This document shows positions 28,253 through 36,216 of a stretch of 64,000 nt of DNA, in pieces. Source of the stretch: Flavobacteriales bacterium (GTDB lineage Bacteria > Bacteroidota > Bacteroidia > Flavobacteriales > Flavobacteriaceae); contig JAMOVT010000070.1 in the NCBI GenBank assembly GCA_027061855.1, forward strand, positions 35,322-99,321, read 5' to 3'. How positions within the stretch are numbered: the stretch's first letter is position 1; each line of letters opens with the position of its first letter. Made by a program: the position numbers and the translations under genes. The notes beneath the pieces were generated by a model. That model ran no database searches, had not been told where the DNA came from, and worked only from the letters and a program-made list of their open reading frames with translations.

Positions 28253-28945
28253 ATGAAACACACTGCCCGCTTATTTACTTTATTATTGGTGTTTAGCTCC
28301 TCTTTTTTATATTCTCAAACAAAGAGTTTATATGATTTCGGGCAAGAAATTTTTGAATTGCTCAAATCAGATAAAGCGGAAAATATTCTTAATTATTCTA
28401 AAGAAACGGATATTGATAAAAATGCCGCTATCCTTGAATCTTTTTTAAATACCAAGGACCAACTGCAAAATATAGCCCCTCTTGATTCCTTTAGCTATTT
28501 TAATACAGTGGAAGGAAAACATAATAAATTATATATTATACTTAAAAAAGATAAAAATTTTTACATTATAAAAACCACGAGGGGCTCTGATTTTTCCATT
28601 GCGGGTCCTTTTCAATTAATTCGTGGTAACATGGATAAACAACTTGCCCTGGGAGAAAAAATTTATAAGTCAAAATGTTTTGCTTGCCACAGTATCGAAG
28701 GACGTGGAAGTGTAGGACCTAATCTTACAGACATGTATTGGAAATACGTTGATTCCGAAGAAGATTTATATGATGTTATTGCCAATGGAAAAAAGGGAAC
28801 GATGATGATGGCATACAGTAATTATTTATCTCCCGAAGAGTTACAAGCTGTCTACACTTATTTAAAAACCTTGATAGGCAAGAAGGTTAAATATGGGAAA
28901 AAACCCGAGGGCGAAAAAAAAGAAATTCATTTTAAAATATTTTAA
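28253..28945 (+). CDS. Secreted mono-haem c-type cytochrome with an uncharacterised N-terminal domain
   Basis: 230 aa. Signal peptide. Single CFACH haem-binding motif (nt 28677-28691) in a class-I cytochrome c domain (GPNLTDMYW...GTMMMAY). Starts 2 nt after the S46 stop. Confidence 0.8.
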   Translation: MKHTARLFTLLLVFSSSFLYSQTKSLYDFGQEIFELLKSDKAENILNYSKETDIDKNAAILESFLNTKDQLQNIAPLDSFSYFNTVEGKHNKLYIILKKDKNFYIIKTTRGSDFSIAGPFQLIRGNMDKQLALGEKIYKSKCFACHSIEGRGSVGPNLTDMYWKYVDSEEDLYDVIANGKKGTMMMAYSNYLSPEELQAVYTYLKTLIGKKVKYGKKPEGEKKEIHFKIF

Positions 28946-28971
28946 CATTTTTTTATAAGTAAAAAATTAAA

Positions 28972-28979
28972 TAAATTTG
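28972..28979 (+). promoter_or_regulatory. Candidate -7 box TAAATTTG
   Basis: Exact TAnnTTTG match 14-20 nt upstream of the ATGs at 28993/28999. Confidence 0.45.
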
Positions 28980-28992
28980 CAACATCAAAATC

Positions 28993-29787
28993 ATGAATAT
29001 GAAAATAAAACAATACCTTTTCTTGCTATTAGCTATCTGGACGCTAAACGGAATACATGCACAAATAAATAATTTTGATGACTTTATTATCAAAAACGAG
29101 GAATTAAAAATGCTCACCGTCAGAATTGCAAAAAACTATATAATGACCGGAGTTCTTCCCGCCAATAAAAAAATCAGAGCCGAATATGAAGCGGATCAAA
29201 ACAAATTCAATGACATCATTGTAAGCCTTACTGAAAAAGCCCCCAATGAAGAAATTGAAATTGAACTTCAAAAATTGAGTCTCTCTTGGATGATGCTCGA
29301 CAGGATTATCAAAAGAAAATATGATATCCTAGCTGCTTCAAAAGTACTTGACTATAGTGATAAGATGGTGGAAGAAATCGACAATATCACCAATATGGTC
29401 ATGAAAACCACCAAGAAAAAATCAGTGCGGTTACTCAAAGCAAGTTCCGACGGACGTATGTATTCACAAAGATTATTACTTTATTATATAGCTAATAAAG
29501 TAAAAATCAGAAACAAAAATGTAAAAATCCGTTTTGAAGATTCCAAAGAAAAACTATACGGAATCATCCAACTCTTGAGCAAAGAAGCAGAAACTGATCC
29601 CGATTTAAAAGCCGATGAAGGTTTTCAACTATATATTGACATGATTAAAGACAGTTATGGTAAAGTGCGTAAAACACTTACTTTAAAAGCAAAAGTGCAT
29701 GCATTAACTGCCAACCTTATAGTAAACCAATTGACTGAAAACTTTGATTTGCTTACAAATATGATTTATGAGAAGTTTAACGGATAA
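28993..29787 (+). CDS. Secreted all-helical protein resembling a stand-alone PilJ/NIT-type four-helix sensor domain
   Basis: 264 aa. Signal peptide. Two copies of the motif seen in PilJ-N/NarX-type periplasmic domains (LKMLTVRIAKNYIM and GRMYSQRLLLYYIA). No TM anchor or output domain. Confidence 0.45.
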   Translation: MNMKIKQYLFLLLAIWTLNGIHAQINNFDDFIIKNEELKMLTVRIAKNYIMTGVLPANKKIRAEYEADQNKFNDIIVSLTEKAPNEEIEIELQKLSLSWMMLDRIIKRKYDILAASKVLDYSDKMVEEIDNITNMVMKTTKKKSVRLLKASSDGRMYSQRLLLYYIANKVKIRNKNVKIRFEDSKEKLYGIIQLLSKEAETDPDLKADEGFQLYIDMIKDSYGKVRKTLTLKAKVHALTANLIVNQLTENFDLLTNMIYEKFNG

Positions 29788-29832
29788 TAATTAAACTACT
29801 CTTCACTTATTTTTAACCAAACCAACCATACT

Positions 29833-30837
29833 ATGTATAAATCTGAAATTACGGGTCTGGGGATGTATGTGCCGGAAAGAATTGTAACCAATGACGAACT
29901 TTCCCAATACATGGATACCAATGACCAATGGATACGTGAAAGAACAGGAATAGAACAAAGAAGATGGGTCACTCCCGGAGATGGTAATTCCACTTCAACT
30001 ATGGCGGCAAAAGCTTCCAAAATAGCATTGGAAAGAGCCGGATTGACTCCTAAAGATATCGATATGATTGTATTTGCCACTTTGAGTCCCGATTACTATT
30101 TCCCGGGCTCAGGAGTGTTATTACAAGATTTGTTGGATTTTGACAATATTCCCGCCTTAGATGTTCGAAACCAATGTTCTGGCTTTGTATATGCCTTGGC
30201 AACCGCCGACCAATTTATAAAAACCGGAATGTATAAAAATATTTTGGTAGTAGGTTCCGAAGTTCAATCTCCGGGTTTGGATTTAAGCACACGAGGAAGG
30301 GGTATCTCTGTAATCTTTGGTGACGGTGCAGGCGCATTGGTTCTAAGCAGAAGCAAAGGAGATAGTGAAATTCTTTCCAATCATTTGCATTCTCAAGGAA
30401 AATATGCCAAAGAATTATCCAATCTCCATCCCGGATGTAACGTGCCTCCTAAAAAATTGGTGGAAGATTGGGATCCAAACGACTTTTCTTATTATCCCTA
30501 TATGAACGGGAACTTCGTTTTTAAACATGCTGTTACCCGTTTTCCTGAAGCTATTATGGAAGGTTTAAATGCAAATAATTTAACTCCTGCAGATATAGAC
30601 TTACTAATACCTCATCAGGCCAATTTGCGCATTTCACAATTTGTTCAAAAGAAATTAGGCATGAAAGACGAACAAATTATGAATAATATTCAACGCTATG
30701 GAAACACCACAGCTGCTTCTATCCCTATTGCTATGACAGAAGCTTGGGAGCAAGGAAGAATAAAAAAGGGAGACTTGATAGTAACCTCTGCCTTCGGTAG
30801 CGGGTTTACCTGGGGATCCAATATTATACGATTCTAA
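29833..30837 (+). CDS. fabH: 3-oxoacyl-ACP synthase III (FabH family)
   Basis: 334 aa. Catalytic Cys (RNQCSGFVYAL), His (IPHQANLRI) and Asn (YGNTTAASIP). Confidence 0.88.
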   Translation: MYKSEITGLGMYVPERIVTNDELSQYMDTNDQWIRERTGIEQRRWVTPGDGNSTSTMAAKASKIALERAGLTPKDIDMIVFATLSPDYYFPGSGVLLQDLLDFDNIPALDVRNQCSGFVYALATADQFIKTGMYKNILVVGSEVQSPGLDLSTRGRGISVIFGDGAGALVLSRSKGDSEILSNHLHSQGKYAKELSNLHPGCNVPPKKLVEDWDPNDFSYYPYMNGNFVFKHAVTRFPEAIMEGLNANNLTPADIDLLIPHQANLRISQFVQKKLGMKDEQIMNNIQRYGNTTAASIPIAMTEAWEQGRIKKGDLIVTSAFGSGFTWGSNIIRF

Positions 30838-30861
30838 GTTTAAGCCTCAAAAATATACTCG

Positions 30862-30894
30862 GAAGCCATCCCGAACTAAGTTCGGGATGGCTTC
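30862..30894 (+). terminator. Strong hairpin after fabH (probable terminator, weak U-tract)
   Basis: GAAGCCATCCCGAAC-taa-GTTCGGGATGGCTTC: a perfect 15-bp stem followed by ttagta. Confidence 0.55.
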
Positions 30895-30916
30895 TTAGTA
30901 TATAAAGTTTTATTCT

Positions 30917-30924
30917 TAAATTTG
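30917..30924 (+). promoter_or_regulatory. Candidate -7 box TAAATTTG for the M49-like peptidase gene
   Basis: Exact TAnnTTTG match 17 nt upstream of the ATG at 30941. Confidence 0.45.
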
Positions 30925-30940
30925 TATCAAAATAAATAAT

Positions 30941-32617
30941 ATGAAGAAAATAATATATTTGATTAGCTTTATCCTTGTATTGACTGCCTGCAATAACACA
31001 CAAAAAGAACGTGAAGCTACAGAAAAAAAATCAACTGAAATTAAAGTGAAAAACCCCAAAGAAAATAATATTAAACAAAAGGTGGAACAATATGCCAAAG
31101 TGAAGCTTACTACCGATATGTCAAAATTAAACGACAATGAAAAGAAAGTATTGGTACACTTAATTAAAGCTACGGAGTATATGAACCCCATTTTTTGGCA
31201 ACAAACTTATGGTGATAAAGAAGAACTCTTGAAAAAAGTTAATGATCCCTATACCAAAGAATTTATTGAAATTAACTACGGACCTTGGGATCGTCTGGAT
31301 GATAACAAACCTTTCATAGAGGGCGTGGGACCTAAACCTGCCGGTGCCAATTTTTATCCCAAAGATATGACCAAAGAAGAATTTGAAAATGCCGATCTAC
31401 CCGACAAAACAAGTCAATATACTCTTATCAGAAGAAATAAAGAAGGGAAATTATATACCATTCCTTATCATGAAGCTTATGCGAAATATCTCAAACCGGC
31501 TTCCGAAGAACTTTTGAAAGCCGCACAATATACCGAAAATCCTCAATTTAAAACCTATTTGCAACTACGCGCAAAAGCTTTGTTAAATGATGAATTCAGA
31601 CCCAGTGATATGCAATGGATGGATATGAAAGATAACCATCTGGATGTAGTAATAGGCCCCATAGAAAATTATGAAGATCAATTGTATAATTATAAAACCG
31701 GATATGAAGGAGTAGTATTGGTAAAGGATATGGATTGGAGCAAAAAACTGGCTCATTTTATTCAATTCCTTCCCGAATTACAAGAAAAATTACCGGTAGA
31801 AGACAAATACAAACAAGAAAAACCCGGAACCCGTTCCGATTTGAATGCATATGATGTATTATATTATTCCGGAGAAGCCAATACCGGAGGAAAAACAATA
31901 GCCATTAACCTTCCTAATGATGAAGAAGTTCAACTCAAAAAAGGAACTAGAAGATTGCAGTTGAAAAATGTAATGAAAGCAAAATTCGATCGTATTTTGG
32001 TGCCTATTGCCAATGTTTTAATTGATTCGACCCAAAGAAAACATATTAAATTCGATGCTTTCTTTGCAAACACCATGTTTCATGAAGTTGCTCACGGTTT
32101 GGGAATAAAAAATACCATTAACGGAAAAGGAATGGCTCGAACAGCTTTAAAAGAAACCTATTCCACTATTGAAGAAGGAAAAGCGGATATATTGGGTTTA
32201 TATATGGTTGACCAGTTACAAAAGAAAGGGGAACTTGACGGGGATATCAAAGATTATATGACTACTTTTATGGCAAGTATTTTCCGTTCGGTACGTTTTG
32301 GAGCTGCCGATGCACACGGAGTAGCCAATATGATCCGTTTCAACTATTTTAAAGATCATGGAGCTTTTACTCGAAATGAAGACGGTACATACAAAGTCAA
32401 CTATGATAAAATGTATGATGCGATGAAATCCCTTTCCTCTCTTATCCTTACTTTACAAGGAAACGGAGATTATGATCAAGCGCTCATTCTTATCAAAGAA
32501 AAAGGCGTGGTTTCTCCTCAATTGCAAAAAGATTTGGAAAGACTAAACGAAGCCAATATTCCCGTTGATATTATTTTTGATCAAGGGATAGAAACCTTGG
32601 GATTGCAAAATTTGTAA
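30941..32617 (+). CDS. M49 (dipeptidyl-peptidase III)-like zinc metallopeptidase lipoprotein with atypical HEXXH motif
   Basis: 558 aa. Lipobox LTAC. HEVAH at nt 32081-32095 and EEGKAD at nt 32171-32188. The second motif fits the M49 EEXR(K)AE(D) motif. Confidence 0.6.
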   Translation: MKKIIYLISFILVLTACNNTQKEREATEKKSTEIKVKNPKENNIKQKVEQYAKVKLTTDMSKLNDNEKKVLVHLIKATEYMNPIFWQQTYGDKEELLKKVNDPYTKEFIEINYGPWDRLDDNKPFIEGVGPKPAGANFYPKDMTKEEFENADLPDKTSQYTLIRRNKEGKLYTIPYHEAYAKYLKPASEELLKAAQYTENPQFKTYLQLRAKALLNDEFRPSDMQWMDMKDNHLDVVIGPIENYEDQLYNYKTGYEGVVLVKDMDWSKKLAHFIQFLPELQEKLPVEDKYKQEKPGTRSDLNAYDVLYYSGEANTGGKTIAINLPNDEEVQLKKGTRRLQLKNVMKAKFDRILVPIANVLIDSTQRKHIKFDAFFANTMFHEVAHGLGIKNTINGKGMARTALKETYSTIEEGKADILGLYMVDQLQKKGELDGDIKDYMTTFMASIFRSVRFGAADAHGVANMIRFNYFKDHGAFTRNEDGTYKVNYDKMYDAMKSLSSLILTLQGNGDYDQALILIKEKGVVSPQLQKDLERLNEANIPVDIIFDQGIETLGLQNL

Positions 32618-32638
32618 ATTTCATATTATATAACCCGA

Positions 32639-33370
32639 ATGAAAAGTATCTTAAAAAAAGAAATCATTCAATTTTTCTCATCACCCATAGGAGTCATTTC
32701 TATGGGTATATTCTATCTGCTCAGCGGTTTATTTCTTTGGGTGATACAAGGAGATTATAATATTACGGAGCATCGTTTTGCCGATTTGTTACCTTTTTTT
32801 GAATTGGCTCCATGGATACTCATCTTTGTAATGTCTGCCATCAGTATGAAAAGTTTCTCCGAAGAATATAAAACAGGGACTATCGAAACTTTACTGACCA
32901 AGCCTATTTCTGTCAAAGAAGTGATTGCCGCTAAATTTTTGGCTGTATGGATTATAGGGATTATTATGTTGATACCGAGTTTTGTCTATGTATGGACAAT
33001 TGCTCATTGGACACAACAAGGTCAAAGTATTGAATGGGGAATTATTTTCGGGAGTTATCTCGGACTGATTTTCCTTATCGGTGTTTTTTCAGCTATCGGG
33101 ATATTCTCTTCCCTTCTGTTTACAAGTCAGGTAAATGCCTTTTTAACAGCTCTTTTTCTGATGTTTCTTTTGTATTACGGCTTGGAAGGAATTGGCAATT
33201 TTAACCTTTTCGGATCCCTTGATTATTGGATTCAAAAAGCAAGTTTAAAATTTCATTATAATAATTTTATCAAAGGCCTTATTAAACTTTCGGATATTTT
33301 TTATTTTCTAAGCATTATTGTGATTTTTATAAGTAGTGCAAATTATGTTATTCACCAAAAACAAAAATAA
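32639..33370 (+). CDS. gldF: Gliding-motility ABC transporter permease GldF
   Basis: 243 aa ABC-2-type permease, about 6 TM. N-terminus KKEIIQFFSSPIGVISMGIFYLLSGLFLW is typical of GldF. gldG follows in the same operon. Confidence 0.8.
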   Translation: MKSILKKEIIQFFSSPIGVISMGIFYLLSGLFLWVIQGDYNITEHRFADLLPFFELAPWILIFVMSAISMKSFSEEYKTGTIETLLTKPISVKEVIAAKFLAVWIIGIIMLIPSFVYVWTIAHWTQQGQSIEWGIIFGSYLGLIFLIGVFSAIGIFSSLLFTSQVNAFLTALFLMFLLYYGLEGIGNFNLFGSLDYWIQKASLKFHYNNFIKGLIKLSDIFYFLSIIVIFISSANYVIHQKQK

Positions 33371-33372
33371 TT

Positions 33373-34518
33373 ATGGTCAATTTTGTAGCATACAATCCCG
33401 TAAAACTCTATTTTGGAAAAAAAGTAATTGAAAAACTCCCCGGTGAAATAATACCTTATGGAAAAAAAGCATTGATAATAACCGGAAAAGGGAGTATAAA
33501 AAAATTGGGTTATTATGATGAATTGACCAATCTTTTGGATAAATCGGGAATTGAATATATAGAATATGCGGGGATCAAACCCAATCCGGTTGTGGAAGAT
33601 GTTGAAAAAGCTGCCGAGTTAGCCCAAAAAGAGAATATCGATTTTATCATTGCTATGGGAGGAGGAAGTGTCATTGATACGGCAAAGGTAGTTAGTATAA
33701 CGGCCGGAAGTGATTTGCCTGCTTGGAAACTGATGAAAAAAGAGGTCTCCCCTACTGCTGCAATTCCTTTGTTTTCCATCCTGACTTTGGCTGCTACGGG
33801 TACTGAAATGAATGCTGCGGCAGTTATTCAAAATCATAAAACCCAAGAAAAAATCGGTCTTTTTCATCCTTTAATGTACCCCAAGGCCTCTTTTCTTGAT
33901 CCTTCCTATACAATTTCGGTACCAAAAGACCCAACTGTAAATGGCATTATTGATCTTACCGCTCATAGCTTGGAAGCCTTTTTCGGAGATGGAGATGCTC
34001 CCCTCTCCGACCGTTTGGCCGTTGCCAATATCTTGGAAGCATTTGATTATTCCAATGACCTATTGAAAGATTTGACCAATTATGATTTACGTGCACGTAT
34101 GATGTGGAATGCCACTATTGCAGAAAACGGCACAATTATGCATGGAAGAGCGGCAACCGGGGATTGGGGAACACATGCGCTTGCTCATCATATTTCTTTG
34201 CTTTGGGATACTCCGCACGGGCAAACACTTTCTATTGTTTTTCCGGCTTGGATGAAAGTAATGAAAGAAGAAATTCCGCATCGTATAGTAAAACTCGGCC
34301 AATTGCTCACCGGGCAGAAAGAAATATCTGCCGATGATACAATTGCTATTTTCGAAATGTTTTTTAAAGCCTTGGGAGCCCCGCTTAAAATGAGTGAAAT
34401 CGGGTTAAACGACAAAGACAAAAAAGAATTACTCCATTTATGGAAACAAAATAAACCCACAGGCTTAAATATCAAGATGAATGAAAATCATTATGAAAAA
34501 ATAATCGAATTAATATGA
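33373..34518 (+). CDS. Iron-containing (group III) alcohol dehydrogenase, YqhD/butanol dehydrogenase-like
   Basis: 381 aa. GGGSVIDTAK motif and His-rich metal site (HALAHHIS...). Starts 2 nt after the gldF stop. ATGA overlap with gldG. Confidence 0.85.
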   Translation: MVNFVAYNPVKLYFGKKVIEKLPGEIIPYGKKALIITGKGSIKKLGYYDELTNLLDKSGIEYIEYAGIKPNPVVEDVEKAAELAQKENIDFIIAMGGGSVIDTAKVVSITAGSDLPAWKLMKKEVSPTAAIPLFSILTLAATGTEMNAAAVIQNHKTQEKIGLFHPLMYPKASFLDPSYTISVPKDPTVNGIIDLTAHSLEAFFGDGDAPLSDRLAVANILEAFDYSNDLLKDLTNYDLRARMMWNATIAENGTIMHGRAATGDWGTHALAHHISLLWDTPHGQTLSIVFPAWMKVMKEEIPHRIVKLGQLLTGQKEISADDTIAIFEMFFKALGAPLKMSEIGLNDKDKKELLHLWKQNKPTGLNIKMNENHYEKIIELI

Positions 34519-36176
34519 GCGGAAAGAAACGAAATATTATCTTTCTCCTAGCCGGTTTGTTGTTCCTAAATCTCTTGATGGATAAATTTGTGAAAGTGCA
34601 ATGGGATTTAACCTCAGACAAACGCTATACACTTTCGCAAGCAAGTAAACAAGTGATTCAAAATGTTCAGGAACCTACTGAAATTATTATTTTTTTGAAA
34701 GGAGATTTCCCGGCTTATTTCCAAAAATTAAAAAATGAAACCGCAAATCTTTTAAATGATTTCAAAGAGAGCAATTCCAAGATAGATTTTATATTCATTA
34801 ATCCGCTTGAAAAAGGGGATGCATATATAAAAGAATTGATAAAAAAGGGAATGGAACCTTCACGTGTAAGCGTAAAAAAATCGGGGAAATTAGAACAAAT
34901 TATGATTTTTCCTTGGGCCGTTATAAAACAAGGAAAAAACGAAATTATCGTCCCTTTACTTTCGGATTCTTTTTCAAATAGCCCGGAAGAACAAATACAA
35001 AAAAGCATTGAAGGATTGGAGTACCGCTTTGCCAATGCCTTGCATTTGGCACAACAAAAAAAAGAAAAAAAGATTGCCGTTTTAAAAGGAAACGGTGAGC
35101 TTGACGACCTTCATTTGGCTGATTTCTTACACAGTCTTGGCAAGAAATACCGTTTGGCCCCTTTTACGTTGGATAGTATAGAAAGCCATCCGCAAAAAAC
35201 TTTGAAGGATTTACAATTTTTTGACCTTGCCATTATGGCAAAACCTATGGAGAAATTTACCGAAAAGGAAAAATACACACTTGATCAATTTATCATGTCC
35301 GGTGGAAAAATATTGATGTTAATTGATGGGGTAAAAGCACATAAAGACACTTTGATGTATCATGGCAAAACCTATGCGTTGAATGCGGAATTGAATCTCA
35401 CGGATTTATTATTTTCTTATGGAGTTCGTATCAATCCGCAATTGGTCAAAGATCTGGTGGCAGCTCCCGTCGTATTAAAAGTGGGTGAAGTGGGTAACCG
35501 GCCGCAATTGGAACAATTTCCTTGGTTTTATAGTCCGTTGATTCGTCCCGAGCAAGACAATCCGGTAGGAAAAAATGTGGATATCGTTATGCTTGATTTT
35601 GCCAGTCCTATGGATACGCTCAAAAACGGAATTAAAAAAACAATCCTTCTAAAAACTTCTCCCAAAACCCAACTGGTAGGTGTTCCGGTGGAAATAAACT
35701 TCTCGGAAATAGGAAAAAAACCGGATCTCAATAAATTTAAGGCGGGACAACAAATTTTCGGTGTTCTATTGGAAGGAAATTTTTCATCGGCATATAAAGG
35801 AAGAATAAAACCTTTTTCCTATCGAAAACATAGAGATAATAAAAAGAATGCTATGATTGTTATTTCGGATGGTGATATTATAAAAAATCAAACAGATAAA
35901 AACCGTCCATTGGAACTGGGTTTTGACAAATGGAGTAAGATGAAATATGACAACAAACTTTTCTTGATGAATGCGGTAGATTATTTGCTTGACAGCTCCG
36001 GGTTGACACATCTAAAAAATAAGAAAATTAAATTTGTATTATTGGATATGAATAAAGTAACAGCAGAACAATTTTATATTCAATTTATCAATTTTGTCTT
36101 TCCGCTTTTATTTATCGGACTAACCGGTTATCTGTTTTTTTATTATCGTAGAAGAAAATATGCAAAATCCGCTTAA
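34515..36176 (+). CDS. gldG: Gliding-associated ABC transporter accessory protein GldG
   Basis: 553 aa. N-terminal and C-terminal TM anchors. DLTSDKRYTLSQASKQVIQNV is typical of GldG. Confidence 0.8.
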   Translation: MSGKKRNIIFLLAGLLFLNLLMDKFVKVQWDLTSDKRYTLSQASKQVIQNVQEPTEIIIFLKGDFPAYFQKLKNETANLLNDFKESNSKIDFIFINPLEKGDAYIKELIKKGMEPSRVSVKKSGKLEQIMIFPWAVIKQGKNEIIVPLLSDSFSNSPEEQIQKSIEGLEYRFANALHLAQQKKEKKIAVLKGNGELDDLHLADFLHSLGKKYRLAPFTLDSIESHPQKTLKDLQFFDLAIMAKPMEKFTEKEKYTLDQFIMSGGKILMLIDGVKAHKDTLMYHGKTYALNAELNLTDLLFSYGVRINPQLVKDLVAAPVVLKVGEVGNRPQLEQFPWFYSPLIRPEQDNPVGKNVDIVMLDFASPMDTLKNGIKKTILLKTSPKTQLVGVPVEINFSEIGKKPDLNKFKAGQQIFGVLLEGNFSSAYKGRIKPFSYRKHRDNKKNAMIVISDGDIIKNQTDKNRPLELGFDKWSKMKYDNKLFLMNAVDYLLDSSGLTHLKNKKIKFVLLDMNKVTAEQFYIQFINFVFPLLFIGLTGYLFFYYRRRKYAKSA

Positions 36177-36188
36177 TTTTTTTCGCTT

Positions 36189-36196
36189 TATCTTTG
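36189..36196 (+). promoter_or_regulatory. Candidate -7 box TATCTTTG for the cation/proton antiporter gene
   Basis: Exact TAnnTTTG match 21 nt upstream of the ATG at 36217. Confidence 0.45.
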
Positions 36197-36216
36197 CATA
36201 AAAGAATATATATTTT

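Noticed and set aside
30862-30894. Perfect 15-bp GC-rich hairpin, considered as a REP-like element or regulatory RNA
   Set aside because: It occurs only once in the window and sits exactly between the fabH stop and the next promoter box. The simplest reading is an intrinsic terminator with a weak U-tract.
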